A stretch of 63,595 nt of DNA, filler included, from Klebsormidium nitens (Eukaryota > Plantae > Klebsormidiophyceae): assembly GCA_000708835.1 (NCBI GenBank). It is 3 parts of 3 records of this genome, joined end to end, with 100 filler letters (N's around TTAATTAATTAA, not from the genome) between each part and the next. Parts side by side here need not be neighbours in the genome. Positions count along the whole stretch, not along the records: positions 30,207 to 57,736 come from DF237601.1; 2 more parts are not named here. One strand, written 5' to 3'. Positions 34,836 to 45,829 of this stretch are shown here, one piece after another (position 1 is the stretch's first letter; each line of letters opens with the position of its first letter). The translations under genes were made by a program, and so were the position numbers. The notes under the pieces were generated by a model. The model made no database searches and was not told the DNA's origin. It saw only the letters and a program-made list of their open reading frames with translations.

Positions 34836-35641
34836 AGCGCTGAGGAATGCCATTGTGCACTTCAGAGCCGCAATTGCTGTCAAAGTGCGCAGGTCTTACC
34901 AGCCAACTTGGAGCGCCTCTTAGGCATCCTGCCCGTCCGGAAGGCGCCCGAGTTGCGCGGCTTGGAATTGCAATAAGACACATTACCCCGCCGAGGCACC
35001 GAATGTAGACTTGCAGCCAACGTTTATCACTGACCGTTGGATCAGCGGCAATCGGACGCCGGGTAGGACAACAGTAGTCTTTAAATCCGTACGTGGCAGC
35101 TTGGGGTTGAAAGTTGGATACTTTTTGGCAAACCCTAATTTGTTGTATCACTCACACCTCACCTACTCATGTCAGGGTTACGCTCAAGCTCCCCGGCAAC
35201 ATCCTTCCAATCTGGCCGAGTGAGAGAAGGGTCTCTCTCAATCTATCAAGGCATCCACCGGAAGAAGCTTTTTTGTACGTAAAGATGATCCAGAATGCAT
35301 GTACGTGTTAATTATCCACATACCTTCCCCTTTCCAGGTCAGCAACCCGACGAAGCGCTGTTTCTGCACGCTCTCTTTCTTCCGCTATAAGTTGCATTTG
35401 CGCATGAAGAGCTTGTTCCAAAACAGCAAGTCGCTCCATTTGTGCCTGAACAACTCGTTCGAGTTCAGCAATACGCTGACGGTCGCTATTGTCTGCCATA
35501 TTCTTAGTTGCTTCTACTGATCAGGAAAATGCATTACACTGAACGCAAGAAGTATCTATCCTTGCAAGTTGGCCTCACTCTGGCAGCTCAAGAAACCCTG
35601 TAGCTCTGGGGAGAAACCCTCTTGCCTCTAGGCCTAAAACC

Positions 35642-36127
35642 TCAAACCTTGTACCACCTGTAGACGTCCGGTCTGCCACTGCTCCGGGACTCATTCGTTT
35701 GACCGTCATTGCCCTGCATGACGACACCCCTGCACTTGTTTCCAGGATACCCGGGGCTGGGCCTCTCCCTGTATTTCTTCAACCTCCTCATGTCCACACA
35801 CCCCGCGGGTAGCTTTGTCATGTTGGTGAATGCTCTCCGGGGCAGACGTACAACAGGAACAGGGACAGCTCTGACACGAGTTGCCCTCGGCGAACGTACA
35901 GCAGGAACAAGGACAGCTCTGGCACGAGTTGCCCTCGGCGAACGTACAATAGGAACAGGTACAGCTCTGGGAACCTTTGCCCTCCTTCGGGGTATACTCA
36001 CCGGGACCGGAATCACCCGGACTGGCACATGCCTCCAGCAGTACCGGTTTCCTTCAGAGACGCATGCCCTACACCTTGTTTGCTTGAGCGTATATCCGGC
36101 ACACACTCCAACTCGGCAATTCACCAT
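35642..36127 (-). CDS. Giant-virus-like Cys/His zinc-finger and basic repeat protein, ~161 aa
   Basis: Intronless. N-terminal CAGYTLKQTRCRACVSEGNRYCWRH finger, central RSPRATR.RAV.VP repeats, and C-terminal KKYRERPSPGYPGNKCRGVVMQGNDG...VYRWYKV, a motif I recognise from NCLDV hypothetical proteins. Confidence 0.6.
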   Translation of the reverse strand: MVNCRVGVCAGYTLKQTRCRACVSEGNRYCWRHVPVRVIPVPVSIPRRRAKVPRAVPVPIVRSPRATRARAVLVPAVRSPRATRVRAVPVPVVRLPRRAFTNMTKLPAGCVDMRRLKKYRERPSPGYPGNKCRGVVMQGNDGQTNESRSSGRPDVYRWYKV

Positions 36128-36299
36128 GCTTCCTGCACTTGACGTACAAAATAATCCAGTGACAAAGCAATAACTAATCAACCCAGGGATTCTCTTCAGT
36201 CTGATGGTGACGACAGAAGTTGGCGCACCGCTTGGCTGCTTGAGATTTCGGATGCAACTGGTGCAACTGGTGTACTCGATGCATTCTTTAATTGTTCTC

Positions 36300-38761
36300 C
36301 TATATCGGGTCTACTTTTCTTCGCAAGACTTGTGCATATCTGGCGTGCTTTCCATAGGGTTTAAGCAGTCTAGTTTGTCTCTTTTGTCTCGTTTGTTTTC
36401 TCTTAGTAGCTCGGGGACGGAAAGTGTATGGAAGCGGGAGTGGAATTGGTGAAGAGGACGGGGACGGTAGTCTCACGTTTGCGTTGTTCGGAAAGAGGCC
36501 TGTAATGTCTGGGAGGTCGTCGGGCTTTTGAGATGCACCGGATCGCGTAAGTCTCTCGGGCGCTGATTGGTACGACGCAGATGTTCTATTTGATCCTGCT
36601 GATAGGTACGGCGCAGATGTGCTATTTGATCCTGCTGCTAATTGGTACGACGCAGATGTGCTATTTGATCCTGCTGCTGATTGGTACGACGCAGGCGCTT
36701 GAAATGAATCTGCTGCTGAGTGGTACGACGCAGGCGTTTGAAACGATCCTGCTGTCAGCAGCTTCTGGGGACTCTTGTAACCCAACCGCAAGGGTGACTG
36801 TTTAGGGCTTGCCTGTTTCCACCCCAATTGGATGGGGTCCTGCTGCTTCCACTCGAGAAGCTTCTGAGGACTCTTGTAAGCTAGCCGTAAGGGTGACGTT
36901 TTTTGACTTTTGGAAGAAGAGAAGTTAATCATGTTCGGGTGATTCCCGTTCCCTGTGAGCAAGTTGGGGGTTTTAGGATTNNNNNNNNNNNNNNNNNNNN
37001 NNNNNNNNNNNNNNNNNNNNNNNNNNNNNNNNNNNNNNNNNNNNNNNNNNNNNNNNNNNNNNNNNNNNNNNNNNNNNNNNNNNNNNNNNNNNNNNNNNNN
37101 NNNNNNNNNNNNNNNNNNNNNNNNNNNNNNNNNNNNNNNNNNNNNNNNNNNNNNNNNNNNNNNNNNNNNNNNNNNNNNNNNNNNNNNNNNNNNNNNNNNN
37201 NNNNNNNNNNNNNNNNTTCGCATCCCTGTGAGCAAGCTGGGGACCTTCTGATTGGAGAAGTTGATCATGTTCGGGCGATTTCCATTTCCTGTGAGCAAGT
37301 TGGAGACCTTCTGATTGGAGAAGTTGATCATGTTCGGGCGATTTCCATTCCCTGTGAGCAAGTTGCGGACCTTCCGATTCGAGAAGTTGATCATGTTCGG
37401 GCGATTTCCATTCCCTGTGAGCAAGTTGGGGACCGTTTGGTTTTTGGAAGAAGAGAAGTTAATCAGGTCCGGATGATTCCCGTTCCCTGTGAGCAAGTTG
37501 GGGACCTTCTGATTTCTGCCTCCCGGAGGAAAGCGCCGGACATTCCCGCTGCTGAATGACCGCTGCGACATGGGATTCTGCCCTTGGGTGTTGCCCGAGC
37601 GCATTGCTCTGATGGCGTCCTCGTGATATGCTCTGGGAACCGTACCGTTCTGACGGCGCTCGCTCTCCAGGTACCTGTACCTGTGAAGTTCCTCATTTGA
37701 GGGGCGATCTTCGTCAATCCAGTCTCCACCAATGAAGACTGTGTCTTCAGCAAGCACGTGCCCGTTGCCAAGCACGTTGTTGATGTTCCGAGGAGTCAGC
37801 GCAGAGGGGGCAGGGGGACGAAAGCGTCGAACATTTCCACCGTCGAACCGCTGTCGCGTAATCGGATTCCTGCCTCGCGTGTGCCCCGAGCGCATTCCCC
37901 TGATTGCGTTCTCGTGATACGCTCTGGGGACCGTACCGTTCCGTCGGCGCTCGCTTTCCAAGTACCTGTACTTGTGCAGCTCCTCGTCCGAAGGACGGTC
38001 CTCTTCGAGCCAGTCCGGACCAATGAATGTCGTGTCGGTTGCAAGCACGTGCTCGTTGCCAGTCACGTTGTTAACGTTCGGGGCGGGCGGCAGATCCATC
38101 GGATCGGCTGGGTACGTGTTGTTCTTGTTGTCCTTGTTCTTGTCCTTGGGGCTAAAGATTTTGGAGGACAACCACGTGTGGATGCTGTTGGGGGCAAAGT
38201 GCGAGCGGGGCTGAGGGTTCGGGAGTTGTGCCGAACGATGCCAGGGGAGCGGACCAATCTGGGAACTGGTCTGTGCCGACGTGAGCGGACTGGTATGTGC
38301 CGACGTGAGCGGACTGGTATGTGCCGACGTGAGCGGACTGGTCTGTGCCGACCAATGCTGGGTGAGCGGACTGGTCTGGGGACTGGTCTGTGTCGAGCGT
38401 GTCGGATGGTGCCTCTGGGGACTGGTCTGTGTCGAACGTTTCGGATGGTGCCTCTGGGGGCTAGTCTGTGTCGACCGGTGCCCCGGTCTCGCAGTCCGCA
38501 ACGGCCCGCGACTTGGCCCCCACTTTCCCAGGCACCGTTTTGTATGCTGCCAGCAAAATTTGTTTGGGTGGGGCGGCTGCACCGCAAGCCCTCACGAGTC
38601 TTGCAAGAACAGCGCCGACCCCCTCGCGGGTGCTGGGGCTTTGGTGCCACATGTTTCTTCACATGATTCGGGCAGTAAAGGCCACCGTCTATTGCCCGGC
38701 AGGACGTCTTTCGCTTACAACGCCGCATAATCGTCCCCCGACACCGTGGACAACTCGCCAT
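36300..38761 (-). CDS. Giant-virus-like multi-repeat protein with N-terminal Cys/His fingers (one apparent frameshift at ~38560; internal gap)
   Basis: ORF 38761 (MASC...CRAIDGGLYCPNH...CSCKTREGLRCSRPTQT) joins ORF 38582-36300 (KFCWQH) if one A is added to a homopolymer. The rest contains STQTSP/SAHTSPLT repeats, a duplicated ~85-aa domain (NVNNVTGNEHVLA...NPITRQRF..GNVRRF), 21-aa NQKVPNLLTGNGNRPNMINFS repeats, SYQSAAGS repeats and a basic tail. Confidence 0.6.
36900..37510 (-). repeat. 63-bp coding tandem repeat spanning the 36981-37216 gap
   Basis: AACTTGCTCACAGG(G/A)AA(T/C)GG(A/G)AATC..CCG(A/G)AC(A/C)TGAT.AACTTCTC occurs in at least 5 copies before the gap and 1 after it. Confidence 0.85.
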
Positions 38762-39498
38762 GTCTGATACTTAGGGTATGGGAAATAATCACGGTGAGCA
38801 TGGGCCCATTAGTCTGATCCCGGGGATGTTCCTCGGGGTAGGCGGTCCGTCTGAACTCATGTTGATACGGCTACGGAATGGGTATAAAGTGCTCGAAGAT
38901 GTTCGAGTGCGCCACATCCACTAGTTCTTGTGAATCTTATTACATGGTTGAGGACGTCCACAGAAGCAGCATGCCCATGCATTTCCATGTTGCAATGTGT
39001 GTGTAAGGAACTCATCATTATGTCGATCATGATCCCACATCATGCCAAAATGAATTCAAATGAATACACAGGCTCCCCAAGCAATGAATATCCTTGTCAC
39101 TGTCACAACAGTTCTCCACTATCTCGGATGGGAAGCAGTTTATTATAACGAATATTCTAATTGCCAGCATCTCGACGGTTCTTCCTACCGTACCTCGAGC
39201 CTCCTCCCCAAGTTCCACCACCCCTGCACCGGAACGCAAAGCTCTGTTACCATAAAAGATGAGGGCGTACAGAGAGGACAACACATTGCAACATATTGTA
39301 AGATGGTGCAATGTGCAAGTGATGATCGTGTTTTTCACCTGGCAAGGCTCCACGACAACAAACAGCGCCTGGTCATCACCCGAGATCAGTGCCCTGCAGA
39401 CGAGGAGTGTGAGATCCTCAGAAGCTGCACGTCTGCCGAGGCCACTGGAGCCATACATCGATACGTTCAGAAACAAGAAGACATGTAATCGTACTAGT

Positions 39499-42400
39499 CT
39501 ATGCAGCTCCTGGCCGTACCTGCATCGCTTTCTTCTTCGGCCACTTGTTCACAAGGTTTGTGTTGTGCTCCAGAATGTAGGAGTTGTAAACCAGCATCCC
39601 TGTGTTGATGGTCGCCCTCTGCTGTGTTTTGTCGAATATCATCATGAGTTTGTTGATCTGCTCGGAAACAGAGGAGTTATCCGGTCCAAGGAACTCCTCG
39701 CGGCCCTTCAGGCCATGTGTGTTGTACTTGAACTCGTCAGAGCACAGGTGATTGACCTGGTGAAAGCGGTCCGTCAGGAACGTGGTCTCGGCAAAGAACT
39801 CCGGCCAGCGCTGCAAAAGCATCAGAATGTTGTCAGAACCTGTGCCACATCCCTCCAAGCATCCAAGCATCCAAGCATCCATGTTGTCAGAGAGTTGCAA
39901 GACGTGCCCCTTGCCTCCAGGGACAACTTACCCCCTCGCAGTAGCGCGACAATTCGCACGCATTGTCGTAGATGACAAAACGTGGGGGCCGGTGCTCGAA
40001 GCGGGTGACGAGAAACGTGAATACGTCCCTCAAAGACTCGTGGCGGAGAAGCACATGAAGATAGTATACAAACGATGCTTGCATGTGACGACCATGACCC
40101 CGTCCGTCTCGTTCTTCTCGGGCTTGGGCGGTTTCTGCACCAGTGAGTTGCCATGTCAAAAACAACTCCTTGCACGCGCAATCGCATCAACACAACGTAC
40201 ACGCTGAGCAGGTGCGCTCACGCTGAGCAGGTGTGCTCGTGAGGGTGAGTACGTGTACGTACCTTTGCATCCTCTTTCGCCTTTGCCCGCTTCACCATGT
40301 TTGCCACCTTCTTCTCCGCTTCCTGCAGAGGGAACGTTTGTGTTAGACGTAGTGGCAGTTTGATTACGCAAAAACCTTGTAACTTCTGGTATGGAAGAAG
40401 AGCAAGAAGTTACAAGACAGTCAAGCATTCTGCTCTGGCATGGTTTGGGCACATACACAGATGACAGGCAAATTTCAAAAGGTATTGACAGAATTGAAAA
40501 GCAGAGTTAGCCAACCTTGAGACAGCCTTCAAATGCCTTGTGCTTCTGTTCATCCGTAGTGGCAGTTAATTACAGAAGGAACAACATAATCTAGCTGGTA
40601 TGAAGAAGAGCACAATATGACAATGCAACCGCATGGGCCTCACCGTCAGTCTCACCCCCAGTTCTTTTAGCTTGAGGATCTGTTGTTCGTGCGTCATGCA
40701 CTTGTCGCCCGTTCGCCTCCTATGCACATGCCGTCAACGTCATCTCGTCCTGCAAACTGGGGAACGTCCCGGTACACCCGGTGGTAGACATTGCTGGAAC
40801 TCAGCCTCTGCTGATTGGCCACGTAAGCCTCCCCGGCCAGCACCCCCTCTGTAGTTCCCCGGCACGGGCCATACATGAGCTCCCGAATGACGCCTACGAG
40901 CCTCTGCGCATCGGCTACGGTCACAGGCTGCACGTCCCCACTCCCGTCCAGCCAAATCTCCCCCACGGTGACGCCTAGGGCTTCGCAGAGCATCGCGGAC
41001 GCTTGGTGGCAGGCGATGTAGTCCTTGACCTCAAAAGAGAGATGAAGGAGGCACTGGAGAAGTGGGGCAAGGGCCTTCAGCGTCTGGACGGTCACCTTGT
41101 AACCCGTGCCTCGCCGTGCAAGGCCGTTGGACGGACCGGTGTCCGTCAGCTGGAACCCCGTCTTCTGCTGGTTGCCCCCTCTTGCGCTCAACAAGACGAG
41201 CCGCAAGGACGGCGCGTGGACGTGGAGGACCCGGTCCCATTCGACACTGATCTCGATGAACTCCAGGCGCCGGGCCAATTTGAGGGCCACCAAAAGCTGC
41301 ACGATGATGTCCTGAGCGCCGTATGGGAGGAGGACTCGGTCGCTGTGGATGTAGCCAAGGTGGTAGAAGAGCGGTGCATAGTCAGGGTTGGAGCAGGCGG
41401 GCTTGTCGGTTCCACCGATATGCTCGATGAGGGTCCAAACGCACGAGGGAAGGTTGCTCAGTTCCTGCACGACGGCAGATGACAAATGGGGTGAAGTGGC
41501 GCAGTGATACAAATTGTGGTCGCTCACAAAACCCCTCGATTGCGCTGGGATCACACAACCTTCATTTCATCTTTCATCCTGCGCAAGAATCACTGACCTG
41601 CAATTCGTCCGCCTTTAGAGGGGCAGGCGGCGGTGCCGATTTGGTCTGGAGTTCTTTTCCTACGTAGGTCTTCGAGACAGGGACGTGACCGCTCCACCGC
41701 TTCAACAGTCCTCTCACGGTGGCGTTCTCCACAACCTTCACAGCACCCTTGAGGGTGGTCTTCCGCTCGTCGTGATCATTATGGACGTCAGGGGTCACCA
41801 CCCGCTCGGGGAAGGGGTAGGTGATGGGTAGAAGCTTCACAGGGGTCTTCAAAACAGGATCTTTGAACCGGTGCACCATGTGAGCCTCTCTGCAATCAAT
41901 GTAGAGGGCCTCTGGATGCTCCCCGCAATCAGGGCACACCGGCCACGGCTGCTGCTCCTGGGGATCGTTTGTGGGGGACAAGGGGGGTGGCACGGGCAGG
42001 GGAGGCGTGTCCGCCCAGGGGGACCAGTCCCGTCCGCGGGGCCCCCAGTACTCGTCAAAGTCGTCACCAGTGAATTTCGCCTGCACGGGGACATCCGTCA
42101 AGCGCAACTGAAGTGCGACCGATGCGTGTTTATCGACCAGAAGACGTCGCAGCCGCACACTGGATCGCCCAGTCGCCAAATCTAGCGTACACTTAAATTG
42201 ATGGCACCAAAAATGCTGCACTTCGAGCTACACAGGACTCGAGAGATGCCTCAGAACGTCAAAAGGCTCATAGGTTTATACTCCGGGAAAAGCTGTGCAC
42301 TGTGAAGAGGCCGAATTTGCCAATACGCTGCGGCGGTCTCGCGATCTCGGCTTATCTCTCCAGCTTCCCCCGAGACGGGAAGTATCGGAAAGATACCTGA

Positions 42401-45253
42401 CGTTCCCTTTGAAAAAAGTCACACATTAAACTTCGAAAATTTCGTACCTCTGGAGGATTCAGTCGGTGCTTCAGGTCCGCCCACCTCATCTCGTCATACT
42501 TGCTTGCTTTGTCCTCCACCTTTCGTCCTGAGTTTGTCAACCTTGGGGGAGCCGAGGAGTACACCACCTGCAACCCAACCCACAATCTTCAGAGAGGGCA
42601 CAGTTGGATTCGGGATCGATAGGAATCGTCCAAGGACAGCACAAACCGTAAGCATCCAAGGGCATAGAAACGCACACACCCACCTTGTACATGGGCCACA
42701 GCTCCAAGGCTTTGGTGTGCGTTGTATAGCCATAGACACGCCCACGCCACCACTGTTGGTCCTCAGAGAACAGCCTCCACACGGTCCGATCGATCAGGGT
42801 CTTCGGATCAGCGGGCTCGGACGCGAGGACGGGCACCTCACGCAACAGCTCTCGGATGGCAGGGTTCCACAGGTTGGCGGCAGGCTGGGCAGGAATTTCA
42901 GGCCGGTCTGCGGCGGCGAGGACCCTATAGAGGTGACTCTGGTAGAAGTTCTTCAATCGCCCACGACCCAAGGGCGGGACTGCAAGAAACGTTCAAAGTC
43001 CGTTCCATCAAGTGGAGGGTTGAAGGCAGGATGGCGATGTCATCAGAAGCCTTTGGCAATCCCAAACCCTCATCAGAAGCCACTTGTCAAACCCCAAACC
43101 TCGGCAGTTCCAAACCCTCTTTGTCAAATCCCAAACCTCGGCAGCCTTCTCAGACCTTCCNNNNNNNNNNNNNNNNNNNNNNNNNNNNNNNNNNNNNNNN
43201 NNNNNNNNNNNNNNNNNNNNNNNNNNNNNNNNNNNNNNNNNNNNNNNNNNNNNNNNNNNNNNNNNNNNNNNNNNNNNNNNNNNNNNNNNNNNNNNNNNNN
43301 NNNNNNNNNNNNNNNNNNNNNNNNNNNNNNNNNNNNNNNNNNNNNNNNNNNNNNNNNNNNNNNNNNNNNNNNNNNNNNNNNNNNNNNNNNNNNNNNNNNN
43401 NNNNNNNNNNNNNNNNNNNNNNNNNNNNNNNNNNNNNNNNNNNNNNNNNNNNNNNNNNNNNNNNNNNNNNNNNNNNNNNNNNNNNNNNNNNNNNNNNNNN
43501 NNNNNNNNNNNNNNNNNNNNNNNNNNNNNNNNNNNNNNNNNNNNNNNNNNNNNNNNNNNNNNNNNNNNNNNNNNNNNNNNNNNNNNNNNNNNNNNNNNNN
43601 NNNNNNNNNNNNNNNNNNNNNNNNNNNNNNNNNNNNNNNNNNNCAGACCTTCCAAACCCCTCATCAGAAGCCACTTGTCAAACCCCAAACCTCCGCAGCT
43701 TCCAAACCCCTCATCAAAAATGTCATGAATCATAAGGCGCAACTCACCCTGTCTGTACTCGGCGTTTTTCTCTGCCAGAGTCTCGATCGCCTGGAAGGTG
43801 GCCCCTTGGTAGAGCATGCTGGTCACGTCCGTGAACACCCTGAAGTGGCTGCCGCGCATCTCTGATGGCGCCTGATAGTAGAGCTCGTTCACCTCACGTC
43901 GAAGGGTGCAGCATTGGTTCAGATCCGACGCTCTCGTGCAGTACCAGACGCAGACCTCCACGTGAACGATGTCCGTGTCATTGTAGACAGACGCCTTCAC
44001 TGTCTTCCGACGCCAGTGAAAACCGCAGGGCAATTCCTTTGACACTGGAGGATCCTGGCTGAAGAAGCCCTTGGTGGATAGGTCGAGCATCTCCTTGGCT
44101 CGGGAGGTGGCGACAAGAACCTCGTCGTCGTCGATGACCTCGGCCTTCTTTGGGGGGAGTTTGGAGCAGGAGTAGCGCTGACAGGAAGGTGTGCAGACGT
44201 GCACGGCTCTGCCAGTGTGGGTGCAGCCCTTGAACTCCTTTGCCTCGATCGTCCTTGTGTGCGCGTACAATGAGCGACACTCGGAGCAGACCATGGCAAA
44301 CACGTCCTTATCCTTGGGAGGTACCGGAGTTTTGAGGGGGACGTCAGCCCACTCGATGGCTGGCTTCCCCTTGTAACGACGTTTGGTGGTGATGTCCGGA
44401 GGCACGAAGGGCTTTCCCATGATTTGAAAGGCGTGCCAGCACTTTGGGTTGCTTGGGTCTTCCTGGCAGACATAGTCCTCGCCCCTCTTGGCGCACATGA
44501 CCCACCTCTCCTTGTTGTGTCGGATGGCCCAGAACCCTTTCAAACCTTTGTCGAGCACCAGGCAACCCGCGCTGGTGAACTGATCCTTGGGGATGATGGG
44601 GGGTTTGAGCGCCTGGACCCTCACCGTCTTCAGCACTTGCTTCAGCACTTTGAACGTGGATACACTCCCCGGTGCACTTGGGGCAACTTAGGACCCCATC
44701 GCCGCCGGTGTGCCCCGGGCGACACGTGCTGACCGGTCTGGGGAACTTTGGGGGGTGGGTGGCCTTGGGTATGATCAGTCGAAACGTCCCATCCTTCTGG
44801 GGCTTGAAGTCGGGGATGAAGGCGACGAATGCTTTGGGGTGGAGGCTAAACAGCCGGAGTGATACGATCTCTGTAGATAGATCCTCAATGTTCTTCTCGC
44901 GGGCAAGTTTTTGCTCGACGATCGCGTCAGCTTCAGTCAGCGGCGGGGCCACCAGCGGGGTCTTCTGTTTCTTGGGGGGGCTGGGGTTTCCCGGGGGTAG
45001 GGCTTCCGCCTCCCGCTTCCGAGTCTCGTGAATCACTTCCCCCTTTTTTGTATGAGGACAGTCGGGGTGGCATTTGCCCCTGTTTAAGGAACAGTGCCAG
45101 CACCCCGAGCGGGCCTGCTCCCAGGACATGTCTTCGCGGCGTCTGAAGGCACCGTCGACGCCGTCCAAACCCCCGGGGATTAGGCCTGTTCTCAGGCAGT
45201 TGGCGCACCAGACATGGAGGTAGGGGCTGGGCTGGTCGCTGTTACGTGCCCGC
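39499..45253 (-). mobile_element. Spliced KDZ-class (Kyakuja/Dileera/Zisupton) transposase gene with SWIM-like, CxC-like and Tudor-like domains; interrupted at its 5' end by a Harbinger element; three 1-nt frameshifts
   Basis: Approximate exons: 45253-43748, 42979-42684, 42567-~42398, ~42227-41597, 41464-~40645, ~40323-40262, ~40145-39931 and 39810-39499. Motifs: CPKCTGECIH and YVC...CWH (SWIM-like); CPDCGEHPEALYIDC (first catalytic D); TDGVMVVTCKHR; LLRHESLRDVF...VIYDNACEL..YC; TDRFHQVNHLC; NSSVSEQIN (catalytic E). Together these give the KDZ D-D-H-E pattern. Confidence 0.8.
43040..43715. repeat. ~48-bp tandem repeat in KDZ intron 1, flanking the 43161-43643 gap
   Basis: TCATCAGAAGCC(ACTTGTC)AAACCCCAAACCTC.GCAG.TTCCAAACCC repeats on both sides of the gap; the array is probably collapsed. 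Confidence 0.8.
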
Positions 45254-45829
45254 TTAGGCCTCCATTACATTGGACCGGTTCGGTTGGAGCAGACGTCAGC
45301 AACCAACCGACTCGGTTGGAAGGCAGCGGACCGGAACCGGGAACGTCGTTACATTGCCCATGGTTGCGTTGGGACTGGCTGACATGCACCGTCGATAAAT
45401 CAGGTGCCGCTTATCTTACGGTCTGAAGTCGGATCCGGCACTGTCAAAAGAACCTCTCTCATTGGTCCGTCAGTTCAAATTCAAAATGACCCGGGAGCTA
45501 CTGGTCTGTCTTTGCACAGTTTGGACGCCACAGCAGAAGATTGATTACTTAGAAGATCCAAAAATTGAGAGCGGAGGGACTTTCTCCGGGCTATCTTCAG
45601 TGCTGTGCTTGCTGTGGTCAGCGCGGGTTTGCCAGTGCAGCAACTCTGGGTGATCCTCGTTGACTCGATCAGTTTCAAACAGTCTGATCACTTGGTTCAA
45701 GCGCTCACAATGGGAAGCCAGAACTTGGACATGTCTCGCTTCTCCCAGATGTTCAGGCTTGAGCAGCTCTAGGAGCTCCACGCGGCTGCGATTGCTCAAC
45801 AGCGGAAGCCTGCCAGCCCGGTCCAGAAC

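Noticed and set aside
39027-39488. Overlapping 142-149-aa ORFs between the KDZ stop and the viral-like gene
   Set aside because: No recognisable domain, and I cannot decide strand. I looked for TET/JBP HxD...H motifs (known KDZ partners) and found none convincing.
42504-43865. Long ORFs running through N gaps
   Set aside because: Artefacts of translating Ns across the KDZ intron repeat.
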